From assembly GCA_023489275.1 (NCBI GenBank), contig JAMDDD010000024.1:10788-74787 (forward strand): a DNA stretch of 64,000 bases, in the 5' to 3' direction. The stretch comes from Actinomycetota bacterium. GTDB lineage: Bacteria; Actinomycetota; Thermoleophilia; BMS3ABIN01. The position numbers and the translations under genes were made by a program. Shown here piece by piece: positions 19,058 through 28,276 of this stretch; within the stretch, counting starts at the first letter, position 1; each line of letters starts with the position of its first letter. The notes under the pieces are model-generated. The model made no database searches, was not told the origin of the DNA, and saw nothing but the letters and a program-made list of their open reading frames with translations.

Positions 19058-20806
19058 ATGAATCGCTTAAGAAAAGAATGGAATAGTCTTAAAGACGCGT
19101 GGGACGCCAGCCGCTGGGCTGGCAATCATGGCAATCCTTCGAGATTCATTATTATCGCCGGCACATTCTGCCTCTTCGCTTACATTTTATTCGCCATCCT
19201 GCCACTTTTCATTCCCGGAGCAGATTTTAGCCATTTCCCTCCCTATCTGGCGCTGCCGGATGGAGGTTTTAACCTGTCAAATTACTATTTTCTATATTTT
19301 CTGATCAGCTTCAACGCGCTCATGCTCTTTGGACTTTATTTTATTTCGCTAAAAAGCATCTCTGGCTACCGGGCGGATCCGGCTGATCTGGCACCGCCGC
19401 GGCGCTTCCGGCCCTGGAGGCGCAACCGGGAAACGAATTATGTTTTCAGCTTTGCCGCCCTGTTTCATTTGGTGATGCTGCTTACGCCATTTCTTCTGTC
19501 TACTGACCTTTTCGACTATATCCGGCATGGCCGCATCTTCGCCATCTACGGCGAGAACCCTCTAGTGGTGCCGGCCACTTATTTCCCTCACGACCCCTTC
19601 TTCAACCTGGGAGGCTGGCTCAGCACGGGCGCTGTTTACGGCCCCCTTCACGTTTACGCGACCGGCCTGCTGGCCTGGCTGGCCGGCAACGGCATCGGCG
19701 CCAACTTTCTGGTCTTCAAGGCTTTTTTCCTTGGCCTTAACTTGTTGAACGTCGTCCTGATTGGCTCCATCACCGCGCGCCTGCATCCTGGCCTCGAGAA
19801 AAAAGCCATGCTTTTCTATGGCTGGAATCCCTTTATCCTGGCGCTGGTGGTGGCCAACGCGCACAACGACATCCTGATGCTGACATTTGTTTTGCTTGGC
19901 ATAGCGTGTTTTTTAAAAAGGCGGTTCGTTGCCGGAGCGCTTCTGATTACTCTCGCCACGCTCGTTAAATTCATGGCGCTCCCGATACTCCTGGTTTACT
20001 TTGCGCTGGCGCTTCGCAAGCTAAAATCCTTTAGAGCCCGGCTGCTTTCCGGGGCCGGCATGCTGGCCGTGTCCGTGGGCGCGGTGGTGATTTCCTACTG
20101 GCGGTTATGGGAAGGCATGGATACCTTTAGATATCTGACCGACGTGGGGCAGAAGACCAATTTCACCATTCCGGGGCTCATGCGGGACATCGCCGCTGGG
20201 CACCTGCAGCTCTCGCTCTCGAATACGGTGGTGCAATTGACGGTGGCCATCCTTTTGCTCGGATACATTTTGTGGCATACTTTCGGCGTCAAGAATACGG
20301 CTTCGTTCCTGTCGGCCGCCGCCGGCATCGCCTTCCTGACGCCGCTCGCCCTTTTCTGGTTCCAGCCGTGGTACTTGACGATGGCAATGGGCCTGATCGC
20401 GCTCAGGCCTTGGCGGCTGATTTACAAAGTGTCGCTGGTTTTCTCATTCACAGTGATGTTTTTCGACAGTTTCTGGTGGCACACTCCCATGTCGATGGAT
20501 GTAGAGAAAAGCCTGCGGGTGCTCGTGGTTTTCGGACCGCCAATCGCTCTGCTTCTCTGGGCGAAAGGCCGGGAAGTTCTGCCGGCGGCCTGGCAGCGGA
20601 TCTGGTCCTGGTCGCTTGAGGGCAGCGCCAGGAGAGACGGGACTCTGGCTGCCACGGACCCCGCTCTGGTGAAAATCGTGGCGCAGGTCGCCGGCCTGTT
20701 TGCCGCCGCGCTGGTGCCGATGGCCTTAATTGTTTCGGTCTCTCCTCATCTCAGAGAGCTGACCAATCTGGTGTTCATGAAGTTTCAACTGCTTACCCAT
20801 CTGTAG
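19058..20806 (+). CDS. Polytopic integral membrane protein, putative GT-C-type glycosyltransferase
   Basis: About 580 aa with more than 12 TM helices. The stop overlaps the start of the next gene, so it heads a three-gene envelope operon. The assignment rests on topology only. Confidence 0.4.
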   Translation: MNRLRKEWNSLKDAWDASRWAGNHGNPSRFIIIAGTFCLFAYILFAILPLFIPGADFSHFPPYLALPDGGFNLSNYYFLYFLISFNALMLFGLYFISLKSISGYRADPADLAPPRRFRPWRRNRETNYVFSFAALFHLVMLLTPFLLSTDLFDYIRHGRIFAIYGENPLVVPATYFPHDPFFNLGGWLSTGAVYGPLHVYATGLLAWLAGNGIGANFLVFKAFFLGLNLLNVVLIGSITARLHPGLEKKAMLFYGWNPFILALVVANAHNDILMLTFVLLGIACFLKRRFVAGALLITLATLVKFMALPILLVYFALALRKLKSFRARLLSGAGMLAVSVGAVVISYWRLWEGMDTFRYLTDVGQKTNFTIPGLMRDIAAGHLQLSLSNTVVQLTVAILLLGYILWHTFGVKNTASFLSAAAGIAFLTPLALFWFQPWYLTMAMGLIALRPWRLIYKVSLVFSFTVMFFDSFWWHTPMSMDVEKSLRVLVVFGPPIALLLWAKGREVLPAAWQRIWSWSLEGSARRDGTLAATDPALVKIVAQVAGLFAAALVPMALIVSVSPHLRELTNLVFMKFQLLTHL

Positions 20807-21697
20807 ATGATCACCTGGCGTTATCACATTTTGACGATCGCCGCAATTTTCCTGGCGCTTTCCCTGGGAGTGCTTATCGGCATTGCCCTCACCGACAGCG
20901 GCAGAGTCAACAGCAGCCAGCAGGATCTAGTGAGCGGCATTCAACAGGATTTAACCAGCCTGCGAGACCAGGTCGATTCACTCGGCCGGGATAATTCGAT
21001 CAACCTCCGATTCCAGCAGGATGCATTTCCCTTTATCGTCGGAGGTCAGCTGCAGGGAAGAAAAATTGCCGTCATTGCGGCTGATGCCGCCGGCAGCGAT
21101 ATCCAGCGCAGGCTCGAATCAGCGATACACGGTGCCGGTGGACAGGTAATTTCCACCACGGTGTTAAATTCGAGATTCGATCAGAAGGCCATGAACGACA
21201 AGGTCAGAAATGATTGGAAAGACGACCCCTCGTATGCGGGGGCCGATGATGGAACCTTGATCAACTTAATCGCCCGCCAGCTCGACCGTGAGATCGTGAA
21301 GGCGGGAGGGGACAGGATGCTTTCAACCCTCCAGGGGACCCTGGTAGATTCGACCAGCGGCCGATACGATATCCCGGCTGACGGGGTCGTCATCATCTCC
21401 CGGTCCGATGACAAACAGACGTCTGCCTATTCCGAGGTGGAAAAACAGATGGCCATCGGACTGAACGAGCTGAGCGTAATTGCCGTCGGCTGCGAGACGA
21501 GCGACGCTCCCAGCTCTGAAATCCCCATTTACCTGAGCGCCGATATTTCTTCGGTGGACAACCTGGACAGCCCCATCGGTCAAGTTTCCGTTGTCTACGC
21601 GCTTGCCGGGGAAAAGGGAAATTATGGAATCAAAACAACGTCAAACATGCTGATTCCGATTCTGAGAAGTCCAAAATCGCAAACGGTCGCGCATTAA
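20807..21697 (+). CDS. MctB-like (DUF3186) envelope protein
   Basis: N-terminus ITWRYHILTIAAIFLALSLGVLIG and the AIHGAGGQVISTTVL block resemble mycobacterial MctB; single N-terminal TM. Confidence 0.55.
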   Translation: MITWRYHILTIAAIFLALSLGVLIGIALTDSGRVNSSQQDLVSGIQQDLTSLRDQVDSLGRDNSINLRFQQDAFPFIVGGQLQGRKIAVIAADAAGSDIQRRLESAIHGAGGQVISTTVLNSRFDQKAMNDKVRNDWKDDPSYAGADDGTLINLIARQLDREIVKAGGDRMLSTLQGTLVDSTSGRYDIPADGVVIISRSDDKQTSAYSEVEKQMAIGLNELSVIAVGCETSDAPSSEIPIYLSADISSVDNLDSPIGQVSVVYALAGEKGNYGIKTTSNMLIPILRSPKSQTVAH

Positions 21698-22600
21698 ATG
21701 AAATGCCGGCGCAATCCTGGGAAAACGGCCGCGGCTGCAATTCTTTTTCTCATGATTTTTTTGGCGGGGCCCGGCTGCTCGGGCAATAATCTCTCCTCAA
21801 CCAGAACGCCGGCCATATTAAAAACACAAACCGGGGCTACCGGCACCGTGATGACCGCGACCACGCCCGCCGGAGCTTTCCGGTTCCAACCGCTGGCGTT
21901 CCCGGCATCTATGCCAAGCCCCGCCCGCATTGTCAAGGTTCCCATCCTCATGTATCATCACATCGGCAGCCTCCCGCCTCGCGCAGACCTGATCCGCCGG
22001 GGACTAACGGTTTCTGCCGCCAACTTTAGCCGGCAGATGAGCTACCTGAAAGAGAGCGGATTTCATCCGGTTTCCCAAGCGGCGTTATTCGAGGCTCTGT
22101 TCGAGAACGAGCCGCTGCCGGACAAGCCTGTGGTGATCTCATTTGATGATGGCTACCGGGACAATTTCACGCAGGCTCTGCCGATCCTGGAAAGCTGCAA
22201 TTTTACGGCAACCTTCAACATCATCACGGCAAAGGTTGGCATCAAAGGTTTTATGAGCTGGAACCAGATTCTGGAGCTGCAATTCACCGGTATGGACATC
22301 GGCTCTCACACGGTTGACCATCAGGATCTGTCCATTCTCAGCGGCCCCGGCGTCAGGCATGAGCTGATTGATTCGGAGCAGACACTTGCATCCCACCTGG
22401 GCCATCCCGTCTACTGGCTTTGTTATCCGTCCGGCGCTTACAATGCCCGGGTTATCGCGGTGGCCCGGGAGGCCGGCTACCTGCTGGCGACAACAACGCA
22501 TCCGGGCGCGTACCAGAGCAGCGCCAAGCCGTTTGAACTAAACCGGCTCCGGGTGCGCAACGACACGACCCTGACGGAATTCGAGCAACTGCTCCGGTAG
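21698..22600 (+). CDS. Polysaccharide deacetylase (NodB homology domain), secreted
   Basis: Signal peptide followed by FDDGYRDNF and HTVDHQDL motifs. Confidence 0.8.
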   Translation: MKCRRNPGKTAAAAILFLMIFLAGPGCSGNNLSSTRTPAILKTQTGATGTVMTATTPAGAFRFQPLAFPASMPSPARIVKVPILMYHHIGSLPPRADLIRRGLTVSAANFSRQMSYLKESGFHPVSQAALFEALFENEPLPDKPVVISFDDGYRDNFTQALPILESCNFTATFNIITAKVGIKGFMSWNQILELQFTGMDIGSHTVDHQDLSILSGPGVRHELIDSEQTLASHLGHPVYWLCYPSGAYNARVIAVAREAGYLLATTTHPGAYQSSAKPFELNRLRVRNDTTLTEFEQLLR

Positions 22601-22616
22601 ACGCAGCCGTTTCATC

Positions 22617-23456
22617 CTAAGCCGTTTCTCCCTTGGCGTTTCCCTCCACAACCTCGGCGTCTGGCTGGCGCTTTTTTTGAACCAGCCGGCTCAAGTGAAT
22701 GCTGATCTCATACAAGAAAATAAACGGAACCGCCATCGCCAGCATCGACACAGCATCTTGCGAGGGCGTTAGGGCGGCGCTGATAACTGCGGCGGCGAGA
22801 ATGGCATAACGCCGGTTTTTCGCCAACTGTTTGGAGTTGACCAATCCGACGCGGGCCAAGGTCAAAAGCAGGGCGGGCAGCTCGAATATAATCCCAAACC
22901 CCAGCAGAAACAGGGTAATAAAAGAAAAATACTTGGACGCCTGCACCTGCGGGTGAAAGTAATCACTCTGGTAATTGAGCAGAAAAGGCAGCGCCCTTGG
23001 CACCACAAACCACCAACAGAAAGCAACGCCCCCGAGGAAAAGCAGTGACGAAAAAAAGGCCGCCATGATCGTCACCCGCTTTTCTTTGGTTTTCAGACCG
23101 GGGGCCACGAACGCCCAGATCTCGTAGATGATGACGGGAGAAGCCAGCAGAAATCCGGCATACAGGGAAACCTTAAAAGCAGTCATGAACGATTCCGTGG
23201 GCGCCAGGGTTATCAGCTGTTTTCCGTGAAGCGGCGCGACGAGGAACTCAAGCAAATACCCCTTGAAAATAAAACAAAGAGTGGCGCTGGCGCCCAGCGC
23301 CACGATCGAAATCACTATTCTTTTGCGGAGTTCCTCCAGATGCTCCACCAGGGGCATCCGAAAGTTGCGATAGTCTGCCAATGCCTGAGCCAGTTGAGTC
23401 GCGGGCGGCGATGATGTTTCCTGTCGCGGCCTGAAATACTTCTGCTTGCCGCTCAT
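22617..23456 (-). CDS. tatC: Twin-arginine translocase subunit TatC
   Basis: MPLVEHLEELRKRI start motif (alternative start at 23357) and six TM helices. Confidence 0.85.
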   Translation of the reverse strand: MSGKQKYFRPRQETSSPPATQLAQALADYRNFRMPLVEHLEELRKRIVISIVALGASATLCFIFKGYLLEFLVAPLHGKQLITLAPTESFMTAFKVSLYAGFLLASPVIIYEIWAFVAPGLKTKEKRVTIMAAFFSSLLFLGGVAFCWWFVVPRALPFLLNYQSDYFHPQVQASKYFSFITLFLLGFGIIFELPALLLTLARVGLVNSKQLAKNRRYAILAAAVISAALTPSQDAVSMLAMAVPFIFLYEISIHLSRLVQKKRQPDAEVVEGNAKGETA

Positions 23457-23560
23457 GAGCCAGCGCTTTATTGTTTCTTCCCAAAACGAAGCGAAAGCGA
23501 ACGCTACCTAAACGATGCGGCCATAAATGATTCTAGGTCAGAAGAAGCAGCCAAGTCAAT

Positions 23561-25012
23561 TTGACCGTTGAACGGGGTAGCGAGCTTTTGCCTGCAAATA
23601 TTGCTAAATTATATTTCATGACAAGACCGGACAGACCCTCGGTAGCGCAGCAAATTGAACTTGAGATAGAAAGCCTCGCTTTCGGCGGCCGGGGCTTAGC
23701 CCGCTTAAACGGATTTGTCATCTTTGTAGAGGGTGCATTACCGGGCGACCGGGTCCTTGCGGAGATCATCAGATCTACGCGTTCGTTTGCTGAGGCCAGA
23801 ACCGTCGCTGTGATCAGCCCTTCACAGGCGCGGATTGAGCCAGAGTGCCGGCATTTTGGCGTTTGCGGCGGGTGCTCCTGGCAAACGCTCGAATATCAGA
23901 CACAGCTAAAGTTCAAGCAGCGGCAGGTTGACGACTGCCTGTCACGCATCGGGGGCGTCGATGAATACGAAATCGACACGCCCTTGGGGGCGAGCCAAAT
24001 CTGGCGTTACCGCAACAAGGTCGAGTATTCTTTCACCGGCGATGAAGGCGGACTAAAACTTGGCTTTCACTTGCCGGGTGACTGGAGGCGGGTGATGGAC
24101 GTCGAAGACTGCCTGCTTCACTCCGAAACGACCAACCGGATGCGCGATTTTATTCGTGAGTTTGCGAGCCAGAGCGGGGCCGGTGCTTACGATCAGCGCT
24201 CGGGCAAGGGCTTCTGGCGCCATCTGGTGCTGCGCGAAGCCTTTCGCACCGGCGAATTCATGGTTAACATCGTGACAGCGCCTGGCGAATTTCCGGCCGC
24301 TCGCCGGTTTGTGAACGAAATTACCTCCACTTTCCCCGGGATCGCATCGCTCCTCTGGAGCGTTAATGGGGGTCGCTCGTCTGTGGCCGCCGGTTTTCCC
24401 TATCACGTTCTCGCCGGCCGTGACCATATTTTCGAAGAGATCGGCGGACTGAAGCTCGAGGTCTCACCCTCATCCTTTATGCAGACAAACACCGGCATGG
24501 CCGAGCGCCTTTACGGGAAGTCGCTTGAATATGGCGCTCCCGGAGCTGGTGATCTCGTCTTCGACCTCTATTCCGGGATCGGATCAATCGCCCTGTCGTT
24601 CGCGCGGCACTGCCGGGAGGTGGTTGGAATCGAGATTGTCGAGGAAGCGGTCCGCGCGGCGGCAGCGAATGCGCGACTAAACAATATTGAAAATGCTTCC
24701 TTCCGGTACGGAAAGGTGAGAAGCGTACTGAAGGAGATTCTTGCGGCAGGACGCGTCAGACAGGAATATGGCAGCGGCCCGGTAGAGCTGGTTATTCTCG
24801 ACCCGCCCCGGGCAGGCGCGAGCAAGAAGGAGATTCAGCGGATCCTGGAGCTCGATCCGGACCGGATTGTTTATGTTTCCTGCAATGCCGCGACGATGGC
24901 GGCTAATGCCTCCCGGTTGAAGGAAGGTGGGTACCGGCTGGTCAAGGCGGGCTCAGTTGACATGTTTCCCCACACTCCCCACATTGAAGTCGTCGCCAGT
25001 TTTAAAAAATGA
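23561..25012 (+). CDS. rlmD: 23S rRNA (uracil-5-)-methyltransferase RlmD/RumA family (TRAM plus SAM methyltransferase)
   Basis: TRAM domain, a four-Cys cluster (C..CGGC) and a C-terminal methyltransferase fold. The track start is TTG at 23561; an alternative ATG start is at 23618. Confidence 0.85.
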   Translation: MTVERGSELLPANIAKLYFMTRPDRPSVAQQIELEIESLAFGGRGLARLNGFVIFVEGALPGDRVLAEIIRSTRSFAEARTVAVISPSQARIEPECRHFGVCGGCSWQTLEYQTQLKFKQRQVDDCLSRIGGVDEYEIDTPLGASQIWRYRNKVEYSFTGDEGGLKLGFHLPGDWRRVMDVEDCLLHSETTNRMRDFIREFASQSGAGAYDQRSGKGFWRHLVLREAFRTGEFMVNIVTAPGEFPAARRFVNEITSTFPGIASLLWSVNGGRSSVAAGFPYHVLAGRDHIFEEIGGLKLEVSPSSFMQTNTGMAERLYGKSLEYGAPGAGDLVFDLYSGIGSIALSFARHCREVVGIEIVEEAVRAAAANARLNNIENASFRYGKVRSVLKEILAAGRVRQEYGSGPVELVILDPPRAGASKKEIQRILELDPDRIVYVSCNAATMAANASRLKEGGYRLVKAGSVDMFPHTPHIEVVASFKK

Positions 25013-25200
25013 CAGACGCGCCGGACCGCCCCGGTCTTAAAGGAATCAATGCGGAAATGACAAATAACTAAGGGCCGCTTGAGGCACCCTCTCACTGTTC
25101 AGCTTCAGCCTGTCATTTACTGAAAACGTCTCAGGCGCCGCTGGCGGCGAAGGCTGCCTGGTTTACGATTAATCGGGTGATTGTGATTTACGAGGTTTAA

Positions 25201-25806
25201 ATGTCCGGCCCCGAAGAAAATCTATATGACAAATATCTGACCCGGGCAATTTCTGAGATCAATGAGTTATGCCGGGAGCTAACCCATTGTGAAAAGTGCG
25301 CCCACGGTCCCGCGGTCCCGGTGATTGGATCAGGACACCCGCTGGCGGACATTTTCCTGGTCAAATACAGAACGCTTCCCAGCGAATCTTCCGAAGGGGT
25401 GGCGTTTTACGGCCCTTCTGGCGAAGCAGTGATGAAGAGTTGCCAGAAATTGGGGATCGACTCCCTTATACTTTACGGCACTGATATCATTAAGTGTGCC
25501 AACGTTTCCGAGGAAGAGGCTTTGGAGCACTGTTCGGCATTCCTCACCCGGGAGCTGATGATCGTACAGCCGAAACTTCTGGTTATCATGGGGGAGAAGG
25601 CCCTCGAGGCCGTTAACAGGCTGGAGTTCCCGCTTTCCCGGCGGCTGGAGTTCAAAGCAGGTGAAATCCAGCAATTTACTCCCACGGCGGAAGCGCTTGT
25701 GACTCCGGAAATCGACACCTCTCTAAATGACCAAAAAAGAAAAACAAGCTTCTGGAAATCATTCAGAATCCTTGGCGAATGGTACGAATCGCTTCCGCCC
25801 TACTAA
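25201..25806 (+). CDS. Uracil-DNA glycosylase, family 4
   Basis: CEKCAHGPAVPVIGSGHPLADIFLV...GPSG and HPS-like motifs are present. Confidence 0.8.
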   Translation: MSGPEENLYDKYLTRAISEINELCRELTHCEKCAHGPAVPVIGSGHPLADIFLVKYRTLPSESSEGVAFYGPSGEAVMKSCQKLGIDSLILYGTDIIKCANVSEEEALEHCSAFLTRELMIVQPKLLVIMGEKALEAVNRLEFPLSRRLEFKAGEIQQFTPTAEALVTPEIDTSLNDQKRKTSFWKSFRILGEWYESLPPY

Positions 25807-26632
25807 GCCGGAAGAAAGGCGTGTAGCACGCCTACAACGTAATGCCAACCAGAATGGAAGCTTCATCCGGAAGCCATTTCTCGCTTTCAAGCGGGAAATT
25901 TATTCGTTGCTCGTCTTTACCGGCATTTTCGGGTGCGCGGCGCTGCTTTTTTTCATGCTGACCCGGTCAGGTTTGGTTTCCCGCAACTCCGATTCAGGGT
26001 TGATGTTGGCGTTCATGCTTGGTCTCATCCTGGCCGGGGGGATTTCCTCCACGCTGGCTTTTCTATCCCGCCTTGGCCACCGGCTGCTCCTGGTTGCTCT
26101 CGGCTCCGCACTTGCCGCAGCGGCCGGAATCGCCACCGGCCTGGCGCCGCTGGAGCTTGCCGCAAAACTCTTGTTTGCCACCAGCGCCGGGCTCTGGGTC
26201 GGCATGATGCTTACATCTATCGGCCAGATCATTATCATCAGTGGCCTAATCATCCTGGTCGATTTTTACAGTGTCTTTCTTGGACCGACAAAAAAACTGC
26301 TTGAAAGCGGAGGCAAGGCGATCGATTACTTTACGATCAACCTGCCCGTCTTCGGCGCTCCAGCGGTTTCGAAAATTGGCGTCAGCGATCTGCTTTTCTA
26401 TGCGGTATTTCTCGGTTGCACACTTACATACAGGCTGAGGCGAATTACAACCGCCGTGGCAATGACGGCCTCGTTTGTCGGCACGATGATTATCGGCCTG
26501 ACGCTTAAAAGGGGCGTCCCCGCGCTGCCGCTGCTTTCCGTTTCTTTTCTGCTTTCCAACGCCGATCTGCTTTACCGGCGGTTTCTGGAAGAGCCTGATG
26601 AACAAAGAAAAAGGGGGGAAGAAAGGAATTAG
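25727..26632 (+). CDS. Presenilin/SPP-like (A22 family) intramembrane aspartyl-protease homolog; start uncertain
   Basis: Polytopic protein with LVDFYSVF (YD-like), KIGVSDLLFYAVFLG (GxGD-like) and GVPALPLL (PAL) motifs in the presenilin order. Its last 344 bp fall inside the tandem-duplication unit. Confidence 0.45.
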   Translation: MTKKEKQASGNHSESLANGTNRFRPTKPEERRVARLQRNANQNGSFIRKPFLAFKREIYSLLVFTGIFGCAALLFFMLTRSGLVSRNSDSGLMLAFMLGLILAGGISSTLAFLSRLGHRLLLVALGSALAAAAGIATGLAPLELAAKLLFATSAGLWVGMMLTSIGQIIIISGLIILVDFYSVFLGPTKKLLESGGKAIDYFTINLPVFGAPAVSKIGVSDLLFYAVFLGCTLTYRLRRITTAVAMTASFVGTMIIGLTLKRGVPALPLLSVSFLLSNADLLYRRFLEEPDEQRKRGEERN

Positions 26633-26659
26633 GGCCGGCCGCGCCAGGCCCAGTCAGCA

Positions 26660-27094
26660 ATGCGAATTTTTTTGTTGATTTATACGCTGTTCATGGTCGC
26701 CGGCAGCTTGTTTATGCTGGGCTTGGTGCCGCGTGCGCTTAAAGACCTGGGCCAGGAGCGCCAGCGCCTAAAACAGCAGGCCCCTCAGGCCGATTTCCAA
26801 TCAATGGTTGAAGCCGGCTACCGCGTCAACGTGACGCTGCTTTTGATCGAGATTCTTTATTATTATCTATTGCTTGGCTTCGGCGGTCCGGGATGGCAGT
26901 TTTTTTATGGCGGGTTTTCCTTCGGCTTGCTCCATATCGGCTATCTGATCACCGGCCGTCTGGAAAAACGAAGGCTGTCGCGGGGGTCAGCCAGGACGGC
27001 GTGGCCGCGTTTCTTGCTTTGGTTGACAGCAATTTTGACAGGTGTTGAAATAGTTTTTCTGGTGTATATCGCCTATCTCTTGCTGCAATCATAA
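26660..27094 (+). CDS. Small membrane protein with four predicted TM helices, hypothetical (copy 1)
   Basis: 144-aa ORF with hydrophobic segments; its own upstream spacer is duplicated with it. Confidence 0.5.
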   Translation: MRIFLLIYTLFMVAGSLFMLGLVPRALKDLGQERQRLKQQAPQADFQSMVEAGYRVNVTLLLIEILYYYLLLGFGGPGWQFFYGGFSFGLLHIGYLITGRLEKRRLSRGSARTAWPRFLLWLTAILTGVEIVFLVYIAYLLLQS

Positions 27095-27470
27095 GCGGAC
27101 AACAGACTCTGGGTGCTGGACTTTGAGTTACCCGGTTCTTGCTTTTCTCCAAAATCTGGTATTCAAAACTGAAAAAATGGACCGCCCTCACTACGATGGC
27201 ATCTATGTGCCAAAGTGGTAAATTCTTACCACTTAATCACGAAGAGAAAAGAGTCCGGGCGCAGATTACAACAGCAGCCCTTGACTTGGCAAAGAACGTT
27301 TTTCACTTTCACGCTGTTAATGGGAAAGGAAGAACCGTCTTAAAGAAACAGCTGGCCAGGAAGGCGTCCTACCGTTCTTTGCCAATCAAGCGCCCCGCCT
27401 GATTGGATTAGAAGCGCAAGGTGCAAGCACCTACCGGGCCAGAGAGCTGGGAAAGCTCGGTCACGAGGTG
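27095..27470 (+). mobile_element. IS110-family element remnant, copy 1: low-GC non-coding left end plus the transposase N-terminal fragment, cut by the duplication junction
   Basis: GC drops to ~45%. A perfect hairpin AAGTGGTAA-ATTC-TTACCACTT lies at 27214–27235. The translation LDLAKNVFHFHAVNGKGRTVLKKQLARK matches the IS110 transposase N-terminus. Confidence 0.6.
27250..27470 (+). pseudogene. IS110-family (DEDD) transposase N-terminal fragment, frameshifted and lacking a start codon (copy 1)
   Basis: AQITTAALDLAKNVFHFHAVNGKGRTVLKKQLARK is followed, in the +1 frame, by FFANQAPRLIGLEAQGASTYRARELGKLGHEV. Confidence 0.6.
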
Positions 27471-27841
27471 CAAAAAAACTGCTTGAAAGCGGAGGCAAGG
27501 CGATCGATTACTTTACGATCAACCTGCCCGTCTTCGGCGCTCCAGCGGTTTCGAAAATTGGCGTCAGCGATCTGCTTTTCTATGCGGTATTTCTCGGTTG
27601 CACACTTACATACAGGCTGAGGCGAATTACAACCGCCGTGGCAATGACGGCCTCGTTTGTCGGCACGATGATTATCGGCCTGACGCTTAAAAGGGGCGTC
27701 CCCGCGCTGCCGCTGCTTTCCGTTTCTTTTCTGCTTTCCAACGCCGATCTGCTTTACCGGCGGTTTCTGGAAGAGCCTGATGAACAAAGAAAAAGGGGGG
27801 AAGAAAGGAATTAGGGCCGGCCGCGCCAGGCCCAGTCAGCA

Positions 27842-28276
27842 ATGCGAATTTTTTTGTTGATTTATACGCTGTTCATGGTCGCCGGCAGCTTGTTTATGCT
27901 GGGCTTGGTGCCGCGTGCGCTTAAAGACCTGGGCCAGGAGCGCCAGCGCCTAAAACAGCAGGCCCCTCAGGCCGATTTCCAATCAATGGTTGAAGCCGGC
28001 TACCGCGTCAACGTGACGCTGCTTTTGATCGAGATTCTTTATTATTATCTATTGCTTGGCTTCGGCGGTCCGGGATGGCAGTTTTTTTATGGCGGGTTTT
28101 CCTTCGGCTTGCTCCATATCGGCTATCTGATCACCGGCCGTCTGGAAAAACGAAGGCTGTCGCGGGGGTCAGCCAGGACGGCGTGGCCGCGTTTCTTGCT
28201 TTGGTTGACAGCAATTTTGACAGGTGTTGAAATAGTTTTTCTGGTGTATATCGCCTATCTCTTGCTGCAATCATAA
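27842..28276 (+). CDS. Small membrane protein with four predicted TM helices, hypothetical (copy 2, identical)
   Basis: 100% identical duplicate of 26660–27094. Confidence 0.5.
   Translation: MRIFLLIYTLFMVAGSLFMLGLVPRALKDLGQERQRLKQQAPQADFQSMVEAGYRVNVTLLLIEILYYYLLLGFGGPGWQFFYGGFSFGLLHIGYLITGRLEKRRLSRGSARTAWPRFLLWLTAILTGVEIVFLVYIAYLLLQS

Noticed and set aside
26246-26605. 119-aa minus-strand ORF (and its duplicate at 27461–27787)
   Set aside because: Lies antisense within the well-supported presenilin-like protease coding region. It is Arg/Lys-rich, as expected from reverse-strand GC-rich coding sequence, and is duplicated only because it sits in the tandem repeat. Judged spurious.
26949-27191. 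80-aa minus-strand ORF (and duplicate at 28131–28373), and the 87-aa plus-strand ORF at 27139–27402
   Set aside because: The minus-strand ORF overlaps the 144-aa gene and the IS left end antisense. The 87-aa ORF is just the open frame running into the IS110 transposase fragment. It has no RBS, and its first 37 residues are non-homologous. It is annotated instead as a pseudogene fragment.
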